Assembly (NCBI GenBank): GCA_003152875.1 | Contig: PMBF01000076.1 | Location: 118,598 to 178,603, forward strand | DNA: 60,006 nt | Reading direction: 5' to 3' | Source of the DNA: Ignavibacteriota bacterium | GTDB lineage: Bacteria; Bacteroidota; Ignavibacteria; UBA10030; UBA6906 | Part shown: piece by piece, positions 36,028 to 46,896 of the stretch | Layout: the number at the start of each line of letters is the position of its first letter | Position numbering within the stretch: the first letter of the stretch is position 1 | Notes under the pieces: model-generated | Told to the model about the DNA's origin: nothing | Database searches by the model: none | What the model saw: the letters and a program-made list of their open reading frames with translations, nothing else | Program-made: the position numbers and the translations under genes

Positions 36028-36048
36028 CCTGGAGAGCCGCCACCTGCA

Positions 36049-36077
36049 TTGATTTTCCCTGTGATTTTCGGTATACT
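36049..36077 (+). promoter_or_regulatory. candidate sigma70-type promoter of smpB-tyrS
   Basis: TTGATT (36049-36054), 17-nt spacer, TATACT (36072-36077). It lies 21 nt upstream of the smpB ATG. Confidence 0.5.
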
Positions 36078-36098
36078 AGTGCGAATTTTTTCCAGACG

Positions 36099-36563
36099 AT
36101 GGCATCTTCGGAGGAGACGACCGGCAGGGTCATTGCGACCAATCGAAAAGCGCGGCATGAGTATTTCGTGCTCGATACGGTTGAAGCCGGCCTTGTGCTC
36201 ACAGGGACCGAGATCAAATCGATCCGCCAGGGAAATGTCAACCTGACGGATGCGTATGCGGCCCTGAAAAACGGAGAAGCCTGGCTGCTGGGCATGCACG
36301 TGAGTCCGTACGAACATGGCAGCTATGCCAATGTCGATCCGCGCCGGGAACGGAAGCTCCTGCTGCACAAGCGGGAAATCAGAAAGCTGGCAAGCCGGCT
36401 CGGCGAGACCGGAGTCACGCTGATCCCCCTTCAAATCCATTTCAGCAAACGCGTCGCAAAGCTTCTCCTTGGCATATGCCGGGGAAAGCGGGCGTACGAC
36501 AAGCGCGAGGATATCGCGAAGCGTGAGGCTGAACGCGACATCCGCCGCCATTACGCGAGGTGA
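36099..36563 (+). CDS. smpB: SsrA-binding protein
   Basis: 154 aa with IATNRKARHEYF, GTEIKSIR and KLLLHKREI. Start at the ATG at 36099; the ORF track extends 69 codons further upstream through sequence that does not look like protein. Confidence 0.93.
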   Translation: MASSEETTGRVIATNRKARHEYFVLDTVEAGLVLTGTEIKSIRQGNVNLTDAYAALKNGEAWLLGMHVSPYEHGSYANVDPRRERKLLLHKREIRKLASRLGETGVTLIPLQIHFSKRVAKLLLGICRGKRAYDKREDIAKREAERDIRRHYAR

Positions 36564-37786
36564 CCAGAACGTTGTTTCCACCCCTCAACGAGCAGCTCGA
36601 TATCATCATGCGCGGCGTGGCGGAAGTCGTCCCGCAGGATGACCTTGCGCGCAAGATCGAGCGCTCCATCGCTGCAAAGACACCCCTCACCGTCAAGCTC
36701 GGCTGCGATCCCAGTCGTCCCGATCTTCACATCGGGCACTCGGTCGTCCTCAGGAAGCTCAGGCAATTCCAGGATCTCGGTCATCAGGCTGTTTTGATTG
36801 TCGGCGACTTCACGGGCATGATCGGCGACCCGTCCGGGAGGAGCAAAACACGTCCACCCCTCACACTTGAAGAGACCAGGCACAACGGTCAGACCTATTT
36901 CGAACAGGCCACCAGGATTCTCTCGACGAAGAAGATCCAGATGCTGTACAACTCCGAGTGGCTCGCCAAGATGAGTTTCGCCGACGTGATCCAGCTCGGG
37001 GCCAAGTACACGGTGGCACGCATGCTCGAGCGCGACGATTTTGAGCGGCGCTACAGAGCAGGGGAGCCCATCAGCATCCATGAACTCCTCTACCCGCTCG
37101 CCCAGGCCATGGACTCGGTGGCGGTCAGGGCCGATGTGGAGCTCGGCGGGACCGACCAGAAATTCAACCTCTTGGTGGGCCGCGATATTCAGCGCGAATA
37201 CGGGGCAGACGCTCAGGTGGCTGTCACAATGCCGATACTTCCGGGGACCGATGGCGTCGAGAAGATGAGCAAATCCCTGGACAACTACATCGGCATCAGC
37301 GAGCCTCCACAGCAGATTTACGGGAAGACCCTTTCCATTCCGGACACGGTAATCTATCAGTACTTCCTGCTTGCGACTGACGCCTCTGCTGCCGAGCTGG
37401 AAGCGGTCAAACGCGACCTGGAGAACCCCGCACACAACCCCCGGGACTCGAAGCGCCGCCTTGCGCGCATGCTCGTCGCCATGTACCATGGGACCGATGC
37501 TGCCCAGGCAGCGGAGAAGGAATTCGACCGGATCTTCGTCAGGAAAGAGATGCCCGACGAGCTGCCGGAGTTTCAGCTGACGGCAGAAGGCCCGGTCGGC
37601 ATTCTCCGCATCCTGACGGAGACAAAGCTGGCCTCAAGCAACAGCGAGGCAAGGCGTCTGATCGACCAGGGAGGAGTCATGGTGGACGGGAGCAGGGTGA
37701 CCGAGCCGACAGCGGAGATCAAGCTCGGATCGGGGATTGTGGTTAAGGTGGGCAAACGGAAATTTGCGCGGGTAAGAAAAGCGTAG
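36560..37786 (+). CDS. tyrS: tyrosine--tRNA ligase
   Basis: 408 aa with class I motifs HIGH (PDLHIGHSV) and KMSKS, plus a C-terminal S4-like domain. The GTG start overlaps the smpB stop (GTGA). Confidence 0.93.
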   Translation: MTRTLFPPLNEQLDIIMRGVAEVVPQDDLARKIERSIAAKTPLTVKLGCDPSRPDLHIGHSVVLRKLRQFQDLGHQAVLIVGDFTGMIGDPSGRSKTRPPLTLEETRHNGQTYFEQATRILSTKKIQMLYNSEWLAKMSFADVIQLGAKYTVARMLERDDFERRYRAGEPISIHELLYPLAQAMDSVAVRADVELGGTDQKFNLLVGRDIQREYGADAQVAVTMPILPGTDGVEKMSKSLDNYIGISEPPQQIYGKTLSIPDTVIYQYFLLATDASAAELEAVKRDLENPAHNPRDSKRRLARMLVAMYHGTDAAQAAEKEFDRIFVRKEMPDELPEFQLTAEGPVGILRILTETKLASSNSEARRLIDQGGVMVDGSRVTEPTAEIKLGSGIVVKVGKRKFARVRKA

Positions 37787-37816
37787 TCACATCATTCATC
37801 TTCTGGAGGTGAGACA

Positions 37817-38362
37817 TTGTACGTTCCGGGAAAGATGTTCTTCACCAAGGGGGTCGGCCGCCACAAGGACTACCTCCAGTCGTTTGAGCTTGCACTTCGG
37901 GATGCGAAGATCGAGAAGTGCAACCTGGTGACGGTGTCGAGCATTTATCCGCCGGGGTGCAAGAGGATACAGACAGAGGAGGGTCTGAAGCTCTTGCAGC
38001 CTGGTCAGATTACGTTCGCGGTGATGGCCAGAAATGCAACCAACGAGCCGAACCGGCTTATCGCCTCCTCGATCGGTGTGGCAACACCAGCTGATGCCTC
38101 CAACTACGGATATCTTTCGGAGCATCATCCGTACGGCGAAACGGATGAAAAAGCGGGCGAGTATGCGGAAGACCTTGCAGCCACAATGCTCGCGACGACG
38201 CTGGGCGTCGAGTTTGATCCGAACACGGCCTGGGATGAACGCGAGAAGATCTACAAGATGAGCGGGAAGATCGTCCGGACCTACAATGTCACCCAGTCGG
38301 CCGAGGGGCACAAGGATGGTCTCTGGACAACTGTGGTAGCTTGCGCGATCCTTCTCCCGTAG
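37817..38362 (+). CDS. pdaD: pyruvoyl-dependent arginine decarboxylase
   Basis: 181 aa with [14 protein letters not shown] and the self-cleavage region [11 protein letters not shown], typical of bacterial PdaD. Confidence 0.88.
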   Translation: MYVPGKMFFTKGVGRHKDYLQSFELALRDAKIEKCNLVTVSSIYPPGCKRIQTEEGLKLLQPGQITFAVMARNATNEPNRLIASSIGVATPADASNYGYLSEHHPYGETDEKAGEYAEDLAATMLATTLGVEFDPNTAWDEREKIYKMSGKIVRTYNVTQSAEGHKDGLWTTVVACAILLP

Positions 38363-38413
38363 ATCACCGCACAGCGGCTGACGTTCATCCGGGAACGCAG
38401 GACACTGAACGAC

Positions 38414-38453
38414 GAACGCCCGGCACGGCTTTTCTGGCCATGTCCGGGCGTTC
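38414..38453. other. 10-bp perfect inverted repeat between convergent pdaD and SLT genes
   Basis: GAACGCCCGG (38414-38423) pairs with CCGGGCGTTC (38444-38453) across a 20-nt loop. No T-tract on either side. Confidence 0.3.
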
Positions 38454-38642
38454 CCGCAGATTCAACACTCGCCGTATCTCCAGCGGGCCCAGAGCGCTCC
38501 CGCCTTTAAAGGACCCGGCAGCAGAGCTCCGGCGTAACCCAGCCTGATCCCTGGCCATCTCCGGTCTCCCGCCTTGCACCGGCACTCCCCCATCCTTCCT
38601 CCGGACCTCGTCCGTTGCCCGAAGCCTGCGGTATTCTCGCCC

Positions 38643-39377
38643 TCAGTTCAGGCAGCGCAGATACGTTTCGTAGTGTGCTATCACCGAATCGACATAGGCG
38701 ACAGTCTGCTTTGCCCCTCCGAAGTGGCCATTGTGCGGATGCTCGTCCGCCCAAACGTGCTGGTGCAGCGAGGCAAACCGCCTGGAAAGAAGTGGGAGGG
38801 ATTCCCTCACGGCCTGCCAGCGGACCGGGTTGTCGCCGAGATAGGCGGCGATCTCCTGAGCGTCCAGGATGCGCCCGAGCCCGGCGTTGTACGAGGCGAG
38901 CGTCAGCTTGAGGCGGTCGGCCTCATTGGCGCCGCGGAACATCTCATGGAGCGTGCGCAGGTAGTAGACACCAATCCTGATATTGGACGCGGCATAATTC
39001 GAGCTTTCGATGTCGAGCCTGTCGGCAACCTCTTTCTGTGTCACAGGCATGACCTGCATGAGGCCCGATGCGCCCCTCTGACTCTCCGCGTCGGCCTCGA
39101 ACCCGGATTCCTGTTTCATAATGGCAAGGATCAGCCGCCAGTCGAAGCCGTACTGGGATGCGTATTCCTTAATAGACTGGCCGTAGCGTGAGATGATGCG
39201 ATGGGTGGAAGGATCAAGAGAGGCCCCATCCGCTTGTCCGGCGTGAATGGGGACATTCGGATGACCCCCTTCTTCGGCGGCGGAGTGTGTGCGGCGAACG
39301 ATATTTTCGCTGGGCGGAGTACATCCCATGAGAAATGCCAGGGCAAGGAGAGCTGTCAGCTGGAATCTTCGAGTCAC
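38643..39377 (-). CDS. lytic transglycosylase (SLT domain) lipoprotein
   Basis: Lipobox AFLMGC and SLT catalytic motifs (MKQESGFEADAES, ASGLMQVMP, SYNAG). GTG start preceded by GAGGAG. Confidence 0.85.
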   Translation of the reverse strand: MTRRFQLTALLALAFLMGCTPPSENIVRRTHSAAEEGGHPNVPIHAGQADGASLDPSTHRIISRYGQSIKEYASQYGFDWRLILAIMKQESGFEADAESQRGASGLMQVMPVTQKEVADRLDIESSNYAASNIRIGVYYLRTLHEMFRGANEADRLKLTLASYNAGLGRILDAQEIAAYLGDNPVRWQAVRESLPLLSRRFASLHQHVWADEHPHNGHFGGAKQTVAYVDSVIAHYETYLRCLN

Positions 39378-39469
39378 AACGCTCCTCTGTAGAGTCCGGT
39401 AACTATGTCCCGCCTCAGCGGGATGAAGCTCCTGCCCTGCAGATCAGTTCAAGGGAAAGAACAACTGCT

Positions 39470-39493
39470 GTATCTTAATGAATTCTAAGATAC
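39470..39493. promoter_or_regulatory. 8-bp inverted repeat (possible operator) in an AT-rich patch upstream of the SLT gene
   Basis: GTATCTTA-ATGAATTC-TAAGATAC. It lies immediately downstream of a possible minus-strand promoter TTGCGT, 17-nt spacer, TATTTT (39527-39499). Confidence 0.3.
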
Positions 39494-39610
39494 GCAGAAA
39501 AATACGCCAACTTTCATTAAAACGCAACTGTCGGCGAATCTTTTCTTTTGATTATCCGCCAGGTTGCTTAATGTGGCTGATACTGGGAACCATTGCCGGA
39601 AGCCTTTCGC

Positions 39611-40036
39611 TCAAGGCTCTCCCATCTCCACAACCTCGAGCCTGACCTCAGAAGTTCCGCGGGCTATCAAACCAATCTGCTTGGCCGCTGCCAGCGACAG
39701 ATCGATGACCCTGTCGTCTTTGAAAGGACCCCGGTCATTCACCCGGACAATGGTCGAACGCCCGTTTCCCAGGTTCGTGACACGCAACTTCGTGTTGAAT
39801 GGAAGCGTCCTGTGTGCGGCAGTCAGGGCATTCATGTCGTACGTCTCGCCGTTCGAGGTCCTGCGCCCGTTGAACTCATCCGCATAGTATGAGGCAATCC
39901 CGGCAAGCTGATGACTGGAGGGATCCCTCGATGCCCGCCCCTCCTTCGCCGTGAAGCGCGGATAACTCCCGGTGCAGCCGGAGGCAATGAACGCACACAG
40001 GAGGGTCAGCGCCGCCCATCGACGCGTGCCTCGCAT
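39611..40036 (-). CDS. rlpA: septal ring lytic transglycosylase RlpA-family lipoprotein
   Basis: Lipobox FIASGC and the double-psi beta-barrel pattern (GIASYYADEFNGRRTSNGETYD, AAHRTLPFNTKLRVTNLGNGRS, VRVNDRGPF). Confidence 0.85.
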   Translation of the reverse strand: MRGTRRWAALTLLCAFIASGCTGSYPRFTAKEGRASRDPSSHQLAGIASYYADEFNGRRTSNGETYDMNALTAAHRTLPFNTKLRVTNLGNGRSTIVRVNDRGPFKDDRVIDLSLAAAKQIGLIARGTSEVRLEVVEMGEP

Positions 40037-40037
40037 G

Positions 40038-41126
40038 TCAGAGGAACTCGCTCATCTGCTTCCGCTTCAGGTAATCCGAGATCTCCTTCACCTCCTGCGA
40101 TCGTCCCTTCCGGCAGATCAGGAGGGCATCGTCGGTGTTCACCACGATCAGGTCCTCGATCCCGATGGCCGCAACGACCTTGCCGGGAGAATAGACGAAG
40201 GAATTGCGCATGTCCTTTTGAATCACCGTCCCGGTGATCGTGTTGCCGCCGTCGTCCTTTCCCGAGACGCGTGCCACCTCATCCCACGAGCCCAGGTCGT
40301 TCCAGCCGAACGAACCCGGAATCACGTACACTTCGTCTGCCTTCTCCATGACCCCGTAATCGATCGAAATCCCCCGGATCATTCCGTACACAAGCTCCAG
40401 GGTCTGCTGGTATTGGGGAGTGTCGATGGCTCTCCCGATGTTGAACAGCTCTTCATGCAGATCAGGCAGACGCTTCTCGAGCTGTGAAAGAATCACGTCG
40501 ACGCGCCAGACGAACATGCCGCTGTTCCAGAGAAAATCTCCACTGGCGAGAAAGCGCTCTGCGGTTTGGAGGTTCGGTTTTTCGGCGAAAGCCCGGACTT
40601 TGAGAACGCCCCGTGAGAAAAACGGGTTCTGCGGGCCTTCTTCATTGTTGATCTGGATATACCCGTAGCCGGTTTCCGGATGCGTGGGCTTGATGCCTAT
40701 CGTCAACAGGCTGCCCGATTCGTCGGCGGTCTGGACGGCCAGCCGAAGCACGCGCCTGAATTCCTCCACGTCCCGGATAAGGTGATCGGCAGGCAGGACG
40801 ATCATCACGGAGGCGGGATCGGCCCGCCGCACGTGGACTGCTGCCAGCCCGATACAGGGAGCGGTGTTCCTGCCTACCGGCTCGACGATGATATTCTCTT
40901 CGGGAACCTTCGGGAGCTGCTTGATAAGCTGTGCTTTCTGCAGGCGGTTGGTCACGACGAAGATGTCTTCATTCCTGACGATACCTTCCAACCGCTTGAC
41001 CGTGTTCTGGAGCATGCTTCCCTTGCCGATGATCTCCAGAAGGTGCTTCGGGCATTTTTCACGGCTCCGCGGCCAGAAACGGGTTCCGGAGCCGCCGGCC
41101 ATGATGACTGCACATACACGTGGCAT
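40038..41126 (-). CDS. manC: mannose-1-phosphate guanylyltransferase
   Basis: AVIMAGGSGTRFWPRSR nucleotidyl-transferase motif. At about 362 aa it has no PMI/cupin extension. Start taken at MPRVCAVIM. Confidence 0.88.
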   Translation of the reverse strand: MPRVCAVIMAGGSGTRFWPRSREKCPKHLLEIIGKGSMLQNTVKRLEGIVRNEDIFVVTNRLQKAQLIKQLPKVPEENIIVEPVGRNTAPCIGLAAVHVRRADPASVMIVLPADHLIRDVEEFRRVLRLAVQTADESGSLLTIGIKPTHPETGYGYIQINNEEGPQNPFFSRGVLKVRAFAEKPNLQTAERFLASGDFLWNSGMFVWRVDVILSQLEKRLPDLHEELFNIGRAIDTPQYQQTLELVYGMIRGISIDYGVMEKADEVYVIPGSFGWNDLGSWDEVARVSGKDDGGNTITGTVIQKDMRNSFVYSPGKVVAAIGIEDLIVVNTDDALLICRKGRSQEVKEISDYLKRKQMSEFL

Positions 41127-41184
41127 GATAAGGGGGGTCCTTTGACTGGGGAGCCCTGCCACTGCTGGCAAGGCTCCGGGTAGG

Positions 41185-41589
41185 TTACTGTTTTGTGGCC
41201 ACTTTCAATCGGTTGAGGGCGCGCGCCAGCGCCTCCCTGGTAAGCTCATCGTCCGGCAGGTGTTCCCGCAAGCGGTCCCCGGCCCCCCGGGCCGCCTTCT
41301 GCGCACGCTCTACATCGATCTCACCCGCCTTCTCGGCGCTGTCCGCCAGGACGGTCACCTGGTTGTCCCTCACTTCTGCGAACCCGCCCCCCACGGCGAA
41401 CAGCGAGACGGCCCCTGCAGAGTCCATGACCTTCAGAGGACCGGGGGCCAGCTGGGCAAGAAGCGGAGCGTGATTGAACAGCACCTGAAATGCGCCGAGG
41501 ACACCGGGCGCGGTGACGCTCGTCGCCTGACCTCGGTACACAAGCCGGTCAGGAGCAATGATATCAAGGTTGAATGGCTTCTCGTACAT
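41185..41589 (-). CDS. atpC: F0F1 ATP synthase subunit epsilon
   Basis: 134 aa immediately downstream of atpD, with a typical epsilon N-terminal beta-sandwich sequence. Confidence 0.9.
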   Translation of the reverse strand: MYEKPFNLDIIAPDRLVYRGQATSVTAPGVLGAFQVLFNHAPLLAQLAPGPLKVMDSAGAVSLFAVGGGFAEVRDNQVTVLADSAEKAGEIDVERAQKAARGAGDRLREHLPDDELTREALARALNRLKVATKQ

Positions 41590-41613
41590 GATCCTCGTCC
41601 TTGTGGGCCCGGA

Positions 41614-43119
<1,506 letters not shown>

Positions 43120-43213
43120 CTACCATGTGGAGAAGTAACTTACGTGAGGCAACGAAGAGCTTTGGCGTAGAAGTTTACGTGCAGGCAACCTGGGAATGGA
43201 ACAGCGGCAAGTC

Positions 43214-44212
43214 TTATGAGAGCCCTTCTCCGAGTCGTTGCTGTACCGCCGGGATGATCTGAAACGCATGCAGGCGGCCGTTTTCCACGAAGATCTTGTT
43301 GTTGTTCTTCCCCGCGACGACGGACCCGGCAACGAATAATCCCGGGATGTTCGTCTCCAGCGTCTCCTGGTTCGTGCAGGGGGCAAGCGTCTCCGGATCG
43401 AGCCGGATACCGAAGGATGTGAGAAGCTCGGTGTCGGGATTGAAACCAACCAGGATAAAGACGAAATCGGCCTTCACCTCCTTTGTTCCCTCCGGAGTCC
43501 GGAGCGCTACACAGCCTGGAGCGATGCGCTCGACCGTCACTCCGAACAGACCCCTGATCTGCTCCTGCTTGATTCTGTTCTCGATGTCGGGCAGGATCCA
43601 GTACTTTACGCCTTCGCTGAGCTTCACCCCGCGATGCACCAGAGTGACACGGGCCCCGTGACGGTACAGATCAAGAGCTGCCTCGACTGCGGAATTCCGT
43701 CCGCCGACTACGATGACGTCCGTTCCGTGATAGCGGAACGGCTCATCATAGTAATGAAAAACATGAGGCAGATCCTCTCCGGAAACCCCTATCCGGTTTG
43801 GATGATCGAAATACCCCGTCGCGAGGATCACTGTTCTTCCCTGAAAGCTCTCACCCGAATCAGTCTTCACTTCAAACCCGGAACCCATTCTCTGAGCGGC
43901 GGATACACGGCAAGAAGTCCTGATCTCAAGATGGAAGTGATGGACAACCCTCTGATAGTAGTTCATTGTGTCCATGCGTGTCGGGCGAGTCGTCGGAACG
44001 ACGAACGGGACACCGCCTACTTCCAGCAGCTCCGCTGTTGAGAACCAGACAAGGTTCGTAGGAAACCTCCGGATCGCATCCGCAACCCCCCCCTGTTCCA
44101 GAATGATGCACGAAAGACCAGCCTTGCGTGCTTCGATGGCACAGGAGAGCCCGGCAGGACCCGATCCCACAATCATGACGTCAACCATATTCGACACCCC
44201 TATCGCGTTCAT
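43214..44212 (-). CDS. ypdA: YpdA-family FAD/NAD(P)-dependent disulfide reductase (putative bacillithiol disulfide reductase)
   Basis: 332 aa with VMIVGSGPAGLS, a second dinucleotide motif VIVVGGRNSAVEAA and no CxxC pair. This pattern is what I remember for YpdA rather than TrxB. Confidence 0.75.
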   Translation of the reverse strand: MNAIGVSNMVDVMIVGSGPAGLSCAIEARKAGLSCIILEQGGVADAIRRFPTNLVWFSTAELLEVGGVPFVVPTTRPTRMDTMNYYQRVVHHFHLEIRTSCRVSAAQRMGSGFEVKTDSGESFQGRTVILATGYFDHPNRIGVSGEDLPHVFHYYDEPFRYHGTDVIVVGGRNSAVEAALDLYRHGARVTLVHRGVKLSEGVKYWILPDIENRIKQEQIRGLFGVTVERIAPGCVALRTPEGTKEVKADFVFILVGFNPDTELLTSFGIRLDPETLAPCTNQETLETNIPGLFVAGSVVAGKNNNKIFVENGRLHAFQIIPAVQQRLGEGLS

Positions 44213-44806
44213 ATATCCTGTAAAACAAAGAAGACCCGTTCAGAATTTCACCATTTCGTGCCCATGAACCTCCAGGCAAGTTAGAAGCTGCCTATGGCAG
44301 AACCCGAATTGATGACAATGGTTTCGCCGCCCTCTCTTCAGACATTTTTCCCCGTGAGACTCGCTTCGCACCTACTGAGTCGCCTAAGGACCCCCGTGCA
44401 CTATTGTGCAGATGGCTAGGAAATCTCTACAAAATTCTCCCAGTTCGAATGGTGATTCCAGTTTTCGGAGTCCTGGGGTGCCCTAAGGGGGCCCAAAATA
44501 ATGCGAATGGTATCTCACAATTGGGCCAATTCCCGGCACGAGAATTGCACCCATCTCTCAACATCGGGGTTCACCCGGACTATTCCGGAAGAGTTACTCC
44601 CCCCCGATTGACCAGTGACCCACGGAAAGCGATGGCGTAACAATGGAATACGGCGCCGGAAAGAGTGGAGGGCGAGTCGTGGCCGGCTGTCCCGCCACCA
44701 GGACATTCCTGGCTCCCTTCTCTGCAATCTCCCGCATCCCGACCTGTCTGTCAATCGTAATCTCCCGAGGCCCTATCCCTCATCCGCGGCATCCCAGGAG
44801 CACCCC

Positions 44807-46339
44807 ATGACGGGCCCTGTGCGTGTTCTCCATCTAGACGACAATTCCGATGATGCACAGCTCATCGCGCTTGCACTGGAATCCGAAGAGGAGAACTTCC
44901 CAAGCGTCCTGACCTATGTCCGGACCAGGGAGGAATATCTTTCTGCGCTGGACCGGAGGGATTTTGACATCATTCTGTCCGACTACCGTATGGCTGGCTT
45001 TGACGGCGACCAGGCTCTGGAGGCGGCCAGGGAAAAATGTCCGGATATCCCATTCATCATGGTCACCGGTGAGATGGGCGAGGAGCGGGCTGTGCAAACC
45101 CTGCAGCGCGGAGCGACCGACTACGTTCTGAAGAGCCGTATCTTCCGGCTCGTTCCCGCCGTCCGGCGGGCGCTTCACGAAGCCGGGGAACACCGGGTGA
45201 TCCAGGAGGCAGCACGGGCGCTCAACCAGAGCGAACAACGGCTTCGCGCAATCTTTGAAAGCGTCGGCGTGGGCATTCTTGAGATCGATGCATCCGAACG
45301 CATCCTCGCCGCCAATGACCGCATCTGTCAGACCCTCGGGTACACGCGGGAGGAGCTGCTGGGCATGTCGCTGCGAGAGCTGACTGCACCTCAGGACCGC
45401 GAAGAGAGTGATAACGTCAATGCCGACGTCCGGGAAGGACGCTACGATACCCTCGCATACGAAAAACGATACCTGAAACGGGACAATCAATTGCTCTGGG
45501 CCCACGTGACGGTGTCGGCCATTCGCGACAGCCGGGGAGCCTATGTCCGCTCGGTCGGCACCATCGAGGACATCAGCGAGCGAAAGCTGCTTGAGCGGAA
45601 GATCGGGGACATCGCCCGCTTGCCTGATGAAAACCCGTCTCCCGTACTCCGTGTCAGTCCGGACGGCTGGATTCAGTATGCCAATCGGGCCTCGGATCCG
45701 CTCCTTGCTGCATGGCGGAGCCACGTCGGAGGGATGGTCCCGGGCGAGATTCGCGACGCGGTCAGGATTGCCCTCCGCAGCAATGTGCCCCAGGCGATCA
45801 CCTACTCGCTGAGTGAATCCACATACTCCATAGATTTTGCCCCGGTCCTGACGAGAAACTACGTCAATCTGTACGCAAGAAACATTACGGAGCTGGAAAG
45901 GGCGGAGCAAGCCGCCCTCCTGGCACAGAAGCAACGGTCTGACATCCTCGAGAGCATTCAAGACCCGTTCTTTGCGCTGGACAGCTCATGGCACTTCACC
46001 TTCGTCAACGAGAAGGCCCAGCACCTGTGGTGGAAAAAACCGGTCGACATGGTCGGCCGGAGCATCTGGGAGATCTTTCCGGAACCCATCGGCGGCACGG
46101 CGTACGAGGACCTTCGGCGTTCGATGGTCGACCGCCAGGTGCGCCACATCGAGACTCTCTCTCAGAGCGCAGACACATGGTTTGAATTGCACGTGTATCC
46201 CACATCTGATGGCGGGCTCGCCGTCACCTATCGGGATATCGACGCGCGGAGGAAACTGGAAGAAGCTCTCAGCATCGAGCGGGCAACGCTCCAGACCGCT
46301 TGTTCAAGAATGTCCTCCAGGTCGTCTCACGCATTCTGA
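44807..46339 (+). CDS. response-regulator receiver + two PAS domains, N-terminal part of a disrupted sensor kinase
   Basis: REC domain (VLHLDDNSDD...ILSDYRMAGFDG...FIMVTG...DYVLK) followed by two PAS-like blocks. Start at MTGPVRV. The frame ends at TGA 46337-46339 just where a HisKA_2-type H-box is expected. Confidence 0.8.
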   Translation: MTGPVRVLHLDDNSDDAQLIALALESEEENFPSVLTYVRTREEYLSALDRRDFDIILSDYRMAGFDGDQALEAAREKCPDIPFIMVTGEMGEERAVQTLQRGATDYVLKSRIFRLVPAVRRALHEAGEHRVIQEAARALNQSEQRLRAIFESVGVGILEIDASERILAANDRICQTLGYTREELLGMSLRELTAPQDREESDNVNADVREGRYDTLAYEKRYLKRDNQLLWAHVTVSAIRDSRGAYVRSVGTIEDISERKLLERKIGDIARLPDENPSPVLRVSPDGWIQYANRASDPLLAAWRSHVGGMVPGEIRDAVRIALRSNVPQAITYSLSESTYSIDFAPVLTRNYVNLYARNITELERAEQAALLAQKQRSDILESIQDPFFALDSSWHFTFVNEKAQHLWWKKPVDMVGRSIWEIFPEPIGGTAYEDLRRSMVDRQVRHIETLSQSADTWFELHVYPTSDGGLAVTYRDIDARRKLEEALSIERATLQTACSRMSSRSSHAF

Positions 46340-46594
46340 ACCTTCACATACAAGCACGCCTTCCCGGCCGGCCGAGTCGGGACCATTCGTGTTCAGCTGC
46401 ATCGTCTGGAAAATGACAAGGTCGAGATCACCGTCTCTGATGACGGGATCGGGTTTTCCGGCCCGCTGGACCCCCACACCGACAGGGGTCTGGGAATGAG
46501 TCTTGTCCAGACTCTCACCGAGCAGATCCAGGGCGTTCTGGAGGTGAAGTCCAGAAACGGCTCCCGGTTCTCGCTGGTGTTCAAGAAGCGCTAG
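46340..46594 (+). pseudogene. HATPase_c remnant of the same sensor kinase, cut off by an in-frame stop and missing the DHp domain
   Basis: In the same frame as the upstream ORF, directly after the TGA: TYKHAFPAGRVGTIRVQL...ITVSDDGIGF...GLGMSLV...GSRFSLVF, which gives N, G1 and G2 boxes. An H-box-like KNVLQVVSRILNL is readable only in another frame (46300-46347). Confidence 0.6.
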
Positions 46595-46713
46595 CAGTTC
46601 ACCTCATCGTCGATACTCGTCACCGCCCTTTCAACATCGGACCCGGCTTCGGGCGCTTACAGCATCCCCCTTCGCCGGGCCGGCTGTACCATACCCCTCT
46701 TCTTCCCGGTGAT

Positions 46714-46896
46714 TCACATCCCGCTGCCAAAATTCACCCATGCACGATCAACAAAGAACGAAAAGCTCCCTTCTACCCCGAGGTTTCTTGCATATTGAAG
46801 GCGCTTCTTCACGACCTTGAGATAGTCCGCGTGCGTCTTTGACTTCATGGCGAGTTTGTCAAGCTTAAGGATCTTCACATAGTCCGGTGTTGTCAT
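46714..46896 (-). CDS. small Lys-rich hypothetical protein (60 aa)
   Basis: ATG at 46896 overlaps the stop of the upstream small ORF (ATGA). The sequence is helical and basic (DYVKILKLDKLAMKSKTHADYLKVVKKRLQYARNL). I recognise no family. Confidence 0.35.
   Translation of the reverse strand: MTTPDYVKILKLDKLAMKSKTHADYLKVVKKRLQYARNLGVEGSFSFFVDRAWVNFGSGM

Noticed and set aside
46337-46339. The in-frame TGA in the sensor kinase as a selenocysteine or programmed read-through codon.
   Set aside because: There is no SECIS-like hairpin immediately downstream. The surrounding ~20 codons do not look like kinase sequence in this frame, whereas an H-box remnant is in another frame, and the DHp domain is largely missing. 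Decay or sequencing error explains it better.
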